A stretch of DNA of 64,000 nucleotides from Candidatus Phycocordibacter aenigmaticus (GTDB lineage: Bacteria; Patescibacteriota; Minisyncoccia; Phycocordibacterales; Phycocordibacteraceae): assembly GCA_045401115.1 (NCBI GenBank), contig CP174359.1:483247-547246 (forward strand), read 5' to 3'. A model generated the notes under the pieces. The model saw only the letters and a list, made by a program, of their open reading frames with translations. It was not told the DNA's origin and ran no database searches. This document shows, one piece after another, positions 44,774-54,818 of this stretch. Both the position numbers and the translations under genes were made by a program. The stretch's first letter is position 1. Every line of letters starts with the position of its first letter.

Positions 44774-46148
44774 ATTTACACAACCGACAAAAAAGGCTGT
44801 CCACATATTGTTTGAAAAGGGTAGTGTCTCTACATATAAAGAACAGGTTGATGGTTCATACATACTTCGTATTGGTTGTGGCGAACAGGAATCAACAGAG
44901 AGAACACATCGCACCCTTCTGAGAAAAGCGATCCGTGTTGCTCGTGCTCATGAACTCGATACTCTCGTGTTTGATGTTGCGGAGTCTGATAACACTCAGG
45001 ACAATAATGATGATCTTGAACGAGGGCGTACTTTTGCTGAAAACACCCTGTTGGCAAATTATGAATTTACAAAATACAAAACAAAGAAAAAAGGTGCATA
45101 TACTGGCATCCATACTCTTTATGTTAAAAATGCTTCAGCAACATTCAAAAAAGGTGCTCAGAATGGGCAGATTGTAGCGCATGAAGTGAATTTCTGTCGT
45201 GACCTTGCTAATACACCAGGTGGCGATATGACCCCCACCTTACTCGCAGCAGCTGCAAAAAAAGCGGTACAAGGTACAAAAGCAACAGTACAGATACTTG
45301 AGAAAAAAGACATTGCAAAACTTAAAATGGGACTTGTTCTTGGTGTTGATCAAGGTGCAACAGAGCCAATGAAATTCATCGTTATGGAGTATTGGGGTGC
45401 CGGTAAAACTTCAAAACAAAAACCCGTTGTATTAGTAGGGAAGGGAATTACTTTTGACACCGGCGGTATCAACCTTAAGCCGTCTGAAGGAATACTAGGT
45501 ATGAACCACGATATGGCCGGTGGTGCATCAGTGATTGCAGCCACCGCAGCGGCGGCAAAGCTTGGTATAAAGAAAAACATTATTGCACTCGTACCTGCAG
45601 TTGAAAATGCAATTTCAAATACTGCAACACGCCCAGGAGACATTCATACCGCTATGAATGGTACGACGGTTGAAATTACGAATACTGATGCTGAAGGGCG
45701 ACTTGTCTTAGCAGATGCGCTTACATACGCCGAGCGATATAAACCAAGTCTTGTTGTTGATGTAGCAACTCTTACGGGTGCATCATTGGTAGCTTTGGGT
45801 GTACGTGCTTCAGCTATTATGACTAAAGATGAGGACTTAGAAACTACCTTAAGAGGGCTCGGAGAGCTTTCAGGAGATTACGTATGGCCGTTGCCGTTAT
45901 GGGCTGAATATACACCTGAACTCAAAAGTAATACCGCTGATATTGCGAATCTCGCAACTGGTGCGTTTTCCAGAAAAGCAGGTTGCATTCATGGTGGTGT
46001 ATTCCTTTCGCATTTTACGAAGAACTTTTCTCATTGGGTCCACATTGATATGGCACCTCGTATGGAAGCAGTACAAGGTGATAACCTCGCAACAGGCGCT
46101 ACTGGTGAGCCAACACGTTTATTGGTGAGACTTCTTGAGCAGAGCTAA
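44763..46148 (+). CDS. pepA: Leucyl aminopeptidase (M17 family)
   Basis: 'NTDAEGRLVLADAL', 'VGKGITFDTGGINLK', 'MNHDMAGGASV'. Start set at the ATG at 44763 (MEIKF), overlapping the aspS stop; the ORF-track start at 44694 lies inside aspS. Confidence 0.85.
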   Translation: MEIKFTQPTKKAVHILFEKGSVSTYKEQVDGSYILRIGCGEQESTERTHRTLLRKAIRVARAHELDTLVFDVAESDNTQDNNDDLERGRTFAENTLLANYEFTKYKTKKKGAYTGIHTLYVKNASATFKKGAQNGQIVAHEVNFCRDLANTPGGDMTPTLLAAAAKKAVQGTKATVQILEKKDIAKLKMGLVLGVDQGATEPMKFIVMEYWGAGKTSKQKPVVLVGKGITFDTGGINLKPSEGILGMNHDMAGGASVIAATAAAAKLGIKKNIIALVPAVENAISNTATRPGDIHTAMNGTTVEITNTDAEGRLVLADALTYAERYKPSLVVDVATLTGASLVALGVRASAIMTKDEDLETTLRGLGELSGDYVWPLPLWAEYTPELKSNTADIANLATGAFSRKAGCIHGGVFLSHFTKNFSHWVHIDMAPRMEAVQGDNLATGATGEPTRLLVRLLEQS

Positions 46149-46497
46149 TTCGTTTGTACCAACCCCTTAATTAGGGTCAGGGTAGAAACACTCACAAGGA
46201 TTAAGCTGGCAGGTGCAAAGGAATTCTCTTGTGGTCTTGTAGTATGATTCTTTTCCAAATAATGACATATAGTTTTTTGTTATTGTTAAGCTCTCAAAAA
46301 AATAACCCCCTGTGAGGAGGGGGTGTGTGATCGTTTTCTTTTTTGAGAGAAATCCTTATGGACTCACGAGCACACATCCCCATTTAAAATGGTGGTCAGA
46401 ATAAATGTGACGAATGTGTGTGCTTGTGTGCCCATAAGGGTATTTCTGATACTACCTATGAAATCGAAATCTGTCAGTAGATGGTAAAATAACAGCT
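46149..46497 (+). other. Long (about 350 nt) structured non-coding region; possible small RNA or leader
   Basis: No ORF of 60 aa or more on either strand. Compound hairpin at 46291-46349 (outer CTCTCAAAAAA/TTTTTTGAGAG, inner CCCCCT-GTGAGG-AGGGGG). Second stem AGCACACA...TGTGTGCT at about 46368-46425 enclosing CCATTT-AAA-ATGG. No RNase P, SRP or tmRNA signature motifs recognised. Confidence 0.3.
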
Positions 46498-47223
46498 GTG
46501 GATAATACATTTAATGTAACAGTGGGGACATTTACTGGTCCGCTTGATGTGCTGCTTACGCTTATTGAGGAGCGTAAAATGCTTATTTCTGATGTTTCAT
46601 TAGCTGATGTTGCTGATGAGTTTGTGCATTTTGTGCAAGAACAAGAGTATTTTCCAGCAGGAGAGGCAGCTCATTTTATACTGGTTGCTGCAACGCTACT
46701 CCTGATAAAATCACGCTCGCTGTTGCCAATGATGAAACTTACGGAAGAAGAAGAGGAAGATGTTGAAGGTTTAGAAAAACGATTGAATCTTTACAAAATT
46801 TTCCGTGATGCGGGTAAAGAATTACATAAACAACATACTCGACTTTTCTTCGGTGGCCGACGTCGCGAAACAACCCCTCTCTTCGCTCCAGCGCCTGATA
46901 TGGACCCTGAAGCGCTCTACAATGCCCTTCATGAGACGCTCAAACGCGTTCCTCGTAAAGAGCAACGAGAACAGGTTGCAGTTAAAACAGTGGTTTCTTT
47001 AGGAGACATGATGAGCCGCCTCAACGACCGTATTGAGCGAGCACTCTCACTTTCTTTTACTGATTTTATGGGCTCCCCGGAGGATAAGCGAGAAATTGTG
47101 GTAGGGTTCTTAGCAATGCTTGAATTAGTTAAACGTGGCACTGTACTTGTCGAGCAAGAAAAACAATTTAGTGACATTACTATGAACTACCATGGTAATA
47201 CTGGTCCTCCACGATATAATTAA
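46498..47223 (+). CDS. scpA: Segregation and condensation protein A
   Basis: 'FTGPLDVLLTLIEERKMLISDVSLADVADEFVHFV' and the C-terminal winged helix. Confidence 0.85.
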   Translation: MDNTFNVTVGTFTGPLDVLLTLIEERKMLISDVSLADVADEFVHFVQEQEYFPAGEAAHFILVAATLLLIKSRSLLPMMKLTEEEEEDVEGLEKRLNLYKIFRDAGKELHKQHTRLFFGGRRRETTPLFAPAPDMDPEALYNALHETLKRVPRKEQREQVAVKTVVSLGDMMSRLNDRIERALSLSFTDFMGSPEDKREIVVGFLAMLELVKRGTVLVEQEKQFSDITMNYHGNTGPPRYN

Positions 47224-47230
47224 AATCATT

Positions 47231-47806
47231 ATGCAAGACACTCATCCATCACTCGCTCAGACACTCGAAGCAATACTGTTTTGGCGAGGAGAAACAGTTA
47301 CTCTTTCTGAACTAGCAAAGGGTACACAAACAACATCCAAGGAGATTGAAGAGGCACTCAATGAGCTTGAGCAAGCGCTCCAGGGTCGTGGAATAGCACT
47401 TGTGCGCCAAGGTGATGGAGTTGCGTTAGCAACTGCTCCGGACGTGTATGAAATTATTGCTGCATTACGGAAAGAAGAATTAGAAGGTCCATTAGGAAAA
47501 GCAGGTCTTGAGACTCTTGCGGTTGTAATTTATCATGGCCCGATCACGCGTGCTGATATTGAATATATCCGCGGTGTGAATTCAAGCTCAATACTTCGGA
47601 CACTCACTATGCGTGGGTTAATTGAAAAAGCAGAGAATCCGGAAAATAAACGTAGTGTTTTATATCAACCAACAACTGAACTTCCGGCAGCACTTGGTGT
47701 GCAAAAACTTTCCGAATTACCAAATTTTGACGCAGTACGCTTAGCTATTTCCGGAGTACTTGAAGAGAGTGTTGAGAAAGAATCAAATGAAAAATATGAT
47801 CAGTAG
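47231..47806 (+). CDS. scpB: Segregation and condensation protein B
   Basis: 'LEAILFWRGETVTLSELAKG' and the second winged helix 'GLETLAVVIYHGPITRADIEYIRGV'. Start set at the ATG at 47231 after the scpA stop; the ORF-track start at 47192 overlaps scpA. Confidence 0.85.
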   Translation: MQDTHPSLAQTLEAILFWRGETVTLSELAKGTQTTSKEIEEALNELEQALQGRGIALVRQGDGVALATAPDVYEIIAALRKEELEGPLGKAGLETLAVVIYHGPITRADIEYIRGVNSSSILRTLTMRGLIEKAENPENKRSVLYQPTTELPAALGVQKLSELPNFDAVRLAISGVLEESVEKESNEKYDQ

Positions 47807-48731
47807 AGACACGCTTACAGCTTTAACTGTTGTGCTACTTATTTTTATTGGGGCACTATTTACTGTACAAACTACTGCAGTAACTGCGTATACTGCTGAG
47901 TTCCCGGCAACTGCCGCTGCGCAATGCACTTCTTTCGCTAGTGCGCCTGAAATTGAAGCACGAGCAGCATATGTTCTTGATATTAATACCAATACTGTTT
48001 TATATAAAAAAGAAGCGTCACAGCAGCTACCTCTTGCGTCACTTACAAAACTCATGACTGTGTTGGTAGCGTTAGAAACCCTTGATCCCACAAGTATTAT
48101 TGCAATTGATCCAAATGCCCTTGATATAGAAGGTGACTCAGGACTCCTCGCACATGAGCTCTGGCGAATACAAGATCTTATTGATTTTACGCTTATGACA
48201 TCATCGAACGATGGCGCGCATGCACTTGCACTTGCGGTTGAGAAGTCAAAAAAAGATCCTGGATCGTTTATTAAAACAATGAACCAAAAAACATCCAATC
48301 TTGGCTTATCACAGACATATTTTTTAAACGATACAGGACTGGATGTATCAACAAGTACCGGCGGATCCTATGGATCACCTCGTGATATTGCTACACTTCT
48401 CACATATATTTATAAAAATAAAACGGAACTTTTTTCCGGTTCTGTCACTCCAGCGAGTACGTTTGTATCAATTTCTGGTATTACTCACACCGCTTCGCAT
48501 ACAAGTAGTAGTGTAGGAACGCTTGGCGGAGAAGTGATTGCAAAAACAGGGTTCACTGACCTTGCTGGCGGTAATTTAGCTCTTGTTGCTGAACCTATTC
48601 TTGGAAGGCCGGTCGCAATTGTTGTTTTTCAATCAACACGAACCGGTAGAGACAGAGATATTACCCAATTGTACGAATACGCAAAAACAGTATTGAAACG
48701 CGATATACTGTGTAGGAAGTTCTCATCATGA
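47787..48731 (+). CDS. D-alanyl-D-alanine carboxypeptidase (S11 peptidase, PBP5/DacB-like)
   Basis: SxxK 'LPLASLTKLMT', SxN 'MTSSNDGAHALA', KTG 'IAKTGFT'. N-terminal signal/TM sequence. Start uncertain (47760, 47787 or 47796). Confidence 0.8.
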   Translation: MKNMISRDTLTALTVVLLIFIGALFTVQTTAVTAYTAEFPATAAAQCTSFASAPEIEARAAYVLDINTNTVLYKKEASQQLPLASLTKLMTVLVALETLDPTSIIAIDPNALDIEGDSGLLAHELWRIQDLIDFTLMTSSNDGAHALALAVEKSKKDPGSFIKTMNQKTSNLGLSQTYFLNDTGLDVSTSTGGSYGSPRDIATLLTYIYKNKTELFSGSVTPASTFVSISGITHTASHTSSSVGTLGGEVIAKTGFTDLAGGNLALVAEPILGRPVAIVVFQSTRTGRDRDITQLYEYAKTVLKRDILCRKFSS

Positions 48732-49798
48732 TTATTGACGTGTTTAAAATTTTTTTCCCGGCAGTCATTGCCTTTGTGGGCGGGCTTATGTTGACGCCTT
48801 TTTTAACACATTACCTTTATAAATATCGTGCTTGGAAAAAAACACCAGGAAAAATTGACTTAGGAGGTCAGGAAGCAAAGGTATTTAATACACTTCATAA
48901 AGATAGGGAAACAAAGACTCCCCGTATGGGTGGGGTGGTGATATGGCTTTCAGCTTTTATCACTATAATGGTGATATGGGTACTTGCACAGTTCTTTCCG
49001 TTCTCAATTTTTGAAAAGCTTGATTTCCTTTCTCGCAGTCAAACATGGATACCGCTTTCATTATTTTTATTTGGATCTTTTGTTGGCTTGATTGATGATC
49101 TATTAGAAATTCGTGCAAGCAAAGGTTTTTCACAAGGCCTCTCAATTCAAGTAAGGCTTGCTGTAGTAGGGTCTCTTGCGCTCGCGGCCGGTATTTGGTT
49201 TTTCACTAAACTCGACGTGGTGTCTATAGGTATTCCTTTCTTTGATCCCTTAGTAATTGGGTGGCTTATTGTGCCTCTTTTTGTAATGGCAGCTCTCTTT
49301 ATTTATGCGTCTGGTGTTATTGATGGTATTGACGGTCTCGCTGGTGGGGTATTTGCTACTATTTTTGCTGCCTACGCTGGAGTTGCGTTTTTCCAAAATC
49401 AAATTGATTTAGCGGCATTTTCAGCAACTATATCCGGCGCCACACTTGCGTTTCTTTGGTTTAATATTCCGCCTGCTCGGTTTTATATGAGTGAAACAGG
49501 CACCATGGGTCTTACGCTGGCACTTGTGACTATTGCATTTATGACCGACACGCTCGGTGACGGCCATGGTTTTTTAGCGCTTGGGATTATTGCGTTCCCA
49601 CTTATTGCAACCGTCTGTTCTAATATTCTGCAAGTACTTTCAAAAAAAATTCGTAATGGTAAAAAGTTATTCAAGGTTGCCCCACTTCATCATCATTTCG
49701 AAGCAATTGGGTGGCCCAGCTACAAAGTAACGATGCGTTATTGGGTGCTTTCGGTTATGTTCGCTATCATTGGGATTGCTTTTGCGTTGCTTGGATAA
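48728..49798 (+). CDS. mraY: Phospho-N-acetylmuramoyl-pentapeptide transferase
   Basis: 'KTPRMGGVVIW', 'DDLLEI', 'NIPPARFYMSETGTMGL', 'APLHHHFEAIGW'. Confidence 0.9.
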   Translation: MIIDVFKIFFPAVIAFVGGLMLTPFLTHYLYKYRAWKKTPGKIDLGGQEAKVFNTLHKDRETKTPRMGGVVIWLSAFITIMVIWVLAQFFPFSIFEKLDFLSRSQTWIPLSLFLFGSFVGLIDDLLEIRASKGFSQGLSIQVRLAVVGSLALAAGIWFFTKLDVVSIGIPFFDPLVIGWLIVPLFVMAALFIYASGVIDGIDGLAGGVFATIFAAYAGVAFFQNQIDLAAFSATISGATLAFLWFNIPPARFYMSETGTMGLTLALVTIAFMTDTLGDGHGFLALGIIAFPLIATVCSNILQVLSKKIRNGKKLFKVAPLHHHFEAIGWPSYKVTMRYWVLSVMFAIIGIAFALLG

Positions 49799-49838
49799 AA
49801 AGTATATAGGTAAAGAAGGTCTGCTACTATAAAAGATA

Positions 49839-50945
49839 ATGTTTAATAAGAAAAAACGTCCTTTTGACCCGGTGATGTTTTTTGCAGTTGTCGCTCTTGT
49901 TTTGGGTGGTTTTTTAGTTTTTATGTCCGCTTCATTAGGTCTTTTAGCGCAAGATGGTGCTCAATTTTCTGATATTGCATCTTCGCAGTTCCTTCTTGGT
50001 GTTGTTGGCGGTTTTGCTGCACTATATATTACTAGCCATATTCCGTATAGATTCTGGCGTCATTATTCACTCTATATTTTTATAGGATCAGCACTGCTGA
50101 TGTTGCTGGTATTTGTTCCGGGTATTGGCCTTGAATTGAATGGGGCACGTCGGTGGATTGATCTCGGTATTACTACAGTACAGCCGGCAGAATTTTTAAA
50201 AATTGCATATATTCTCTATCTTGCAACATGGCTCTCACAAAGAAAATCGAAAAAACGTCCTTTTTTACACCGTGTAGCACCATTCTCTATTATTACCGGA
50301 GTTGCAGCATTGTTATTACTGATACAACCTGATACGGGAACGTTTTTAGTTTTAGCTACTGCAGGGGGTGCTATATATTTTGCATCAGGCGCAAAACTTA
50401 AAGATATCGCTCTATTAGGACTTATTGGAGTTATTGCTTTAAGTGGACTACTTTTTTCTCGTGATTATGCACTTAATCGACTTCAAACCTTTATTAACCC
50501 CGCAGCGGACCCCCTTGGAGCAGGGTACCAAATTAAACAATCGCTGATTGCAGTGGGCTCAGGTAAAACATTTGGGCGAGGATTTGGACAAAGTGTTCAG
50601 AAATTTAACTATTTACCAGAACCGACTTCGGATTCTATTTTTGCAGTCTTTGCGGAAGAATTTGGCTTCTTAGGGAGTGCATTATTAGTACTTGGTTTTA
50701 CTATTTTTAGCCTTCGAGGGCTCTGGCTGGCTGCTCGGGCGCCTGATATGTTCGGTGGACTGGTGACCCTTGGGATTGCTATACTGATATTCGTACAGTC
50801 ATTTTTAAACATTGCATCAATGCTCGCGATATTACCGCTTACTGGGTTGCCGTTGATTTTCATTAGTCATGGGGGAACCGCATTGTTTACCGCATTGGCT
50901 TCAGTTGGAATATTATTAAATATCTCTCGATTTAAACGCACATAA
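49839..50945 (+). CDS. ftsW: SEDS-family peptidoglycan glycosyltransferase FtsW/RodA
   Basis: 10-TM profile; 'RRWIDLGITTVQPAEFLKIAYILYLA', 'QPDTGTFLVL', 'DSIFAVFAEEFGFLGS'. Confidence 0.85.
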   Translation: MFNKKKRPFDPVMFFAVVALVLGGFLVFMSASLGLLAQDGAQFSDIASSQFLLGVVGGFAALYITSHIPYRFWRHYSLYIFIGSALLMLLVFVPGIGLELNGARRWIDLGITTVQPAEFLKIAYILYLATWLSQRKSKKRPFLHRVAPFSIITGVAALLLLIQPDTGTFLVLATAGGAIYFASGAKLKDIALLGLIGVIALSGLLFSRDYALNRLQTFINPAADPLGAGYQIKQSLIAVGSGKTFGRGFGQSVQKFNYLPEPTSDSIFAVFAEEFGFLGSALLVLGFTIFSLRGLWLAARAPDMFGGLVTLGIAILIFVQSFLNIASMLAILPLTGLPLIFISHGGTALFTALASVGILLNISRFKRT

Positions 50946-50948
50946 TTT

Positions 50949-52088
50949 ATGAAGATTGTTTTCACCGGTGGAGGAACAGGAGGGCATTTTTATCCTCTGA
51001 TTGCAGTGGCAGAAGCGCTTGATGAAATAGTAAAGGAGAGAAAAATCATTAAGCCTGATTTATATTTTTTTGGTCCGGCGCCATACGATGAGCGTATGCT
51101 TTTTGAACATGATATTACTTTTGTGCAAACCCCAGCAGGGAAGTTACGACGATATTTTTCTTTTCTCAATATTTTTGACACGATTAAAACACTGTTTGGA
51201 ATCCTCAATACATTAATAAGTCTCTATCGAATATATCCTGATGTTGTATTTTCAAAGGGAGGTTTTGGGAGCGTGCCCACATTAATTGCAGCAAAAATTT
51301 TACGCATTCCTGTTGTCGTGCATGATTCTGATGCAATCCCTGGGCGTGCCACACTTATGGCGGCTCCATTTGCGAAAAAAATCGCCATCTCTTATGAGGA
51401 GGCGTATGCTCATTTTTCTGAAAAACTCCAGGACAAAATTGCTCTTACAGGAAACCCAGTACGTCCCGGGGTTCAAAAACCAGCACGAGACGGAGTACAC
51501 GAATTCTTAAATATTTCAAAAAGCGTACCCACCATCCTTATTCTTGGCGGCTCAAGTGGTTCTGAAAAGATTAACGACACGGTACTTTCAGCGTTAGTAA
51601 ATTTAGTACAAAAGTATCAAGTAATTCACCAGACGGGGGAGAAGGCATTTACAGGAGTAGAGGAAACTGCAAAAATAATTTTAGAAAAGAATGAACGTCG
51701 ACATCATTATAAACCATATGCGTATCTCTCAGAGCTTGCTTTAAGGATGGCTGCCGGAGCGGCGGATATTATTATCTCTCGTTCAGGATCAGGGAGTATT
51801 GCTGAAATCGCTTCTTGGGGTAAAGCATCTATCTTGATCCCAATACCTGAAGCCATAAGCCGCGACCAGCGACGTAATGCTTTTGCCTATGCACATACTG
51901 GAGCGGCGATTGTTATCGATGAAACCAACCTTTCTCCGAATTTACTTGTTTCAGAGATTAACCGTTTATTTACTGATCCAAAAACTCGAAATGACATGGC
52001 AGAAGCAGCACATGAATTTGCTCGTCCAGAAGCGGGTACTCTACTTGCTGAAGCAATATTGGAAACAGCACTTGAACATGAGACGTAA
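50949..52088 (+). CDS. murG: UDP-GlcNAc:MurNAc-(pentapeptide)-PP-undecaprenol GlcNAc transferase
   Basis: 'MKIVFTGGGTGGHFYPLIAVAEAL', 'SRSGSGSIAEIASWGKASILIP'. Confidence 0.9.
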   Translation: MKIVFTGGGTGGHFYPLIAVAEALDEIVKERKIIKPDLYFFGPAPYDERMLFEHDITFVQTPAGKLRRYFSFLNIFDTIKTLFGILNTLISLYRIYPDVVFSKGGFGSVPTLIAAKILRIPVVVHDSDAIPGRATLMAAPFAKKIAISYEEAYAHFSEKLQDKIALTGNPVRPGVQKPARDGVHEFLNISKSVPTILILGGSSGSEKINDTVLSALVNLVQKYQVIHQTGEKAFTGVEETAKIILEKNERRHHYKPYAYLSELALRMAAGAADIIISRSGSGSIAEIASWGKASILIPIPEAISRDQRRNAFAYAHTGAAIVIDETNLSPNLLVSEINRLFTDPKTRNDMAEAAHEFARPEAGTLLAEAILETALEHET

Positions 52089-52096
52089 GACTCGAC

Positions 52097-53116
52097 ATGC
52101 GAACACTCATTATTCTTCAACTTTTTATAGTAGCGCTCCTTGTTGTATATATTAGTTACGTGAGTTTTTTCCCTAGAACACATGTTTCTATTGCACCAAT
52201 ACAAAAAGTAACGACAGTAGAGTACGCAACCGGAGATCTTGAATATTTTTTTGAATTTACACCTGGTGTTAGAGATGACCAAGTAAAACCAGGCTGGCTT
52301 GATGACTACGAACTAATTAATACGATTAATAGTGACACGCTTAATGAGCGCTACGAATATGCAACGACCACCCCTCCGGAAACATACCGGATCATTACCC
52401 TTGGAGATTCGTGGACATACGGGCAATTTGTAAGCACCAGTGATAATTTCTCTGAAAAATTAGAGAACCTCCTGAACGAACGTTTACTCTGTAGCGCAAT
52501 TCGTAATTTTGAAGTAATTAATCTCGGAATGCCGAACTATGATATTGCGTATGCAGCAGAACGTTTTAAGATACGCGGCAGAAAATATAATCCTGATATC
52601 GTACTTTGGTTTCTTATCCCAAATGATTTTACTGAAATTACTGATGTTTTTAGAAAACTTTATAATGACGTACATGCCGCCCTTAAGGATCTCCCTGATA
52701 ATCAGGAGTATGATGAAATACAGGGCTTTAAAGGACACCGAGTTTCTTCGGGAGATGTTCATGAAGCAATGGTGGCATTTACTGCACTTGAACAAATGCA
52801 TACTCTTTATACGCCCACTGAAATACTTACATATCAATTTTCTGCTTTTGATACATTCCAAAATTATTTTCCCGGGCCGACAATTTTTTATTATGTCCCC
52901 AAGTACCTTGGTTATTTTCCAGAGATAATTTCTCGTCTTTCTTCTTATGCAGATACTAATTCAAATATTGAGCTAGTAGCGAGCGAATTTCAGTGGGAAA
53001 AAGATTTTTCATTACCTGATCAACATCCAAGCCCTAAAGGGCACGCGCGTATTGCTAGCGAATATTTTGATTACCTTTTAAAACATCATCTTACTGACTG
53101 TGTTGTCCGTGATTAA
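52097..53116 (+). CDS. Membrane-anchored SGNH/GDSL-family hydrolase (putative carbohydrate or peptidoglycan esterase/acyltransferase)
   Basis: N-terminal TM; block I 'IITLGDSWTYG' (GDS-x-T), block III-like 'WFLIPNDF', block V 'DQHPSPKGH' (D-x-x-H). Confidence 0.5.
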   Translation: MRTLIILQLFIVALLVVYISYVSFFPRTHVSIAPIQKVTTVEYATGDLEYFFEFTPGVRDDQVKPGWLDDYELINTINSDTLNERYEYATTTPPETYRIITLGDSWTYGQFVSTSDNFSEKLENLLNERLLCSAIRNFEVINLGMPNYDIAYAAERFKIRGRKYNPDIVLWFLIPNDFTEITDVFRKLYNDVHAALKDLPDNQEYDEIQGFKGHRVSSGDVHEAMVAFTALEQMHTLYTPTEILTYQFSAFDTFQNYFPGPTIFYYVPKYLGYFPEIISRLSSYADTNSNIELVASEFQWEKDFSLPDQHPSPKGHARIASEYFDYLLKHHLTDCVVRD

Positions 53117-54815
53117 TTTTTTCTATTAGAAAATTTTCAAGCACTAAGAAATCAACAGGTTGTTCTTTAAATAGAGTTATTGCTTGTTCTGGATGCTCAG
53201 CAAGTGGTTCACCTTGAATGTTTAAACTCGTGTTAAGTACACCAGGGACGCCGCTTAGTTTAAAGAAATGTGAAATAATTTGATAGTACTCCGGGTCTGT
53301 ATCTTGGGAGACTGTTTGAATACGTACACTCCCATCATTGTGCACAACCGCAGCAATAGAATCTTTTTGTTCTGTTTGTACGTTAAAGCACATATTCATA
53401 TACGGAGCTTCGATTATGTCTTTAGGTAGAGTAAAGAAACGGGGAACTTCTTCAAAAAGCATAGAGATACCAAATGGTCGGAATGACTCTCTTTTTTTAA
53501 CCTGATTCATACGGTCTTTCATTTCTTGTGAAGTAGGTTTTGCTATAAGCGACCGAGCACCAAGTGCACGAGGACCAAACTCCATACGTCCAACAAACAG
53601 CGCTCCTACTAAATCGCTATTTAAAAGCTGCGCAATTCTTTGGTCGCGTTCATTATTTTTTTTATACTGAGTGACTGTATATTTTGGTGAGTCTTCAAAT
53701 TCTTTGAGCAACGGCTTTAACATAGTCTCGTCATAGCTACTCCCTAATTTTAATGACAGGGGAGGGGAGGGACGTTTTTTATGATCTGTAGCATATGTAG
53801 CAAAAGCCGCTCCAATAGCTGATCCGCTGTCTCCAGCGGGTCCAAAAATATGAATGTTAGTGAATGGTGTGTGTGTAAGAATTTTTCCATTAGCAAGCGC
53901 ATTAAGTGCCACGCCGCCACTAATACAAAGATTGGGGGACTGAGTCAGTTCATATGCTCTATTGATAAGTGAGAAGTATAATTCTTCCAGTACATGTTGA
54001 ATACTTGCAGCCATATCTTTATCTCTTTGTGTGAGCGGGCTTCCTGGAGTGCGTGGTGTGCCAAATTTTTTAACAAAAGCTGCAGAGAAAAGACGGTCTA
54101 CTGAACGATTAAAAAGAAAGAAAGATTGATCTAACGTAAAACTACCGTCGGGTTTTGTCTGAATAATTTCTTTAATTTTTGCTGCATATCGAGGGCTTCC
54201 ATATGCAGCAAGACCCATTACTTTGTACTCGTCATTGTTTACTTGGAAACCGAGGAAAGCAGTAAATGTTGAATACAGTAATCCGAGTGAATCAGGGAAA
54301 GAAATAGTATTAAGGCATTCAATGTTGCATCCCTCACCTTTCCATAACGCGGTGGTAGTATATTCTCCAACACCATCAACAGTAAGGACAGCTGCATCAT
54401 TAAAAGAACTTGAGAAGAAGCCTGCAGCAGCATGCGAATGGTGGTGTGTATTGAAATAAAATGGCCCAGTATATCTAAATAAATCACGGAATTTTTTCTC
54501 AACGTGCAGTTTGTTACCCAACCACTCATTAAGTGTTGTATAGAATAATTTTTCAGAACGTGGGTAACTGGAAATAATTGTATCCAAAATACGTTCAAAT
54601 TTTCTTAACGGTTTTTCGTAATACGTAACTGCAGTAAGATTTTTTGCTTCGATTCCTTCCAGCGCAAGGCACGCCTCTATTGCGTGTCGCGGGAAAGTAT
54701 TATCATGTTTGACTCTGGTGAACCGCTCTTCCTCAAAAGCGGCTACAACACGCCCATCTTTCAAAAGAGCAGCGGCACTATCATGATAAAACGCTGAGAT
54801 ACCGAGAGTGTACAT
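53091..54815 (-). CDS. NodU/CmcH-family carbamoyltransferase
   Basis: N-terminal Kae1/HypF-like 'MYTLGISAFYHDSAAALLKDGRVVAAFEEERFTRVKHD' plus a C-terminal carbamoyltransferase domain; 574 aa. Its 3' end overlaps the SGNH gene by 26 nt, convergent. Confidence 0.8.
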   Translation of the reverse strand: MYTLGISAFYHDSAAALLKDGRVVAAFEEERFTRVKHDNTFPRHAIEACLALEGIEAKNLTAVTYYEKPLRKFERILDTIISSYPRSEKLFYTTLNEWLGNKLHVEKKFRDLFRYTGPFYFNTHHHSHAAAGFFSSSFNDAAVLTVDGVGEYTTTALWKGEGCNIECLNTISFPDSLGLLYSTFTAFLGFQVNNDEYKVMGLAAYGSPRYAAKIKEIIQTKPDGSFTLDQSFFLFNRSVDRLFSAAFVKKFGTPRTPGSPLTQRDKDMAASIQHVLEELYFSLINRAYELTQSPNLCISGGVALNALANGKILTHTPFTNIHIFGPAGDSGSAIGAAFATYATDHKKRPSPPLSLKLGSSYDETMLKPLLKEFEDSPKYTVTQYKKNNERDQRIAQLLNSDLVGALFVGRMEFGPRALGARSLIAKPTSQEMKDRMNQVKKRESFRPFGISMLFEEVPRFFTLPKDIIEAPYMNMCFNVQTEQKDSIAAVVHNDGSVRIQTVSQDTDPEYYQIISHFFKLSGVPGVLNTSLNIQGEPLAEHPEQAITLFKEQPVDFLVLENFLIEKINHGQHSQ

Positions 54816-54818
54816 ACA

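Noticed and set aside
46149-46497. Tested whether the long non-coding region is RNase P RNA, SRP (4.5S) RNA or tmRNA.
   Set aside because: No P4 'AGGAAAGTCCGGGC'-like motif, no SRP domain-IV GGAAGCAG/tetraloop pattern, and no tRNA-like 3' end (GGTTCGA...CCA) or tag-peptide reading frame were found. It is left as an unassigned structured region.
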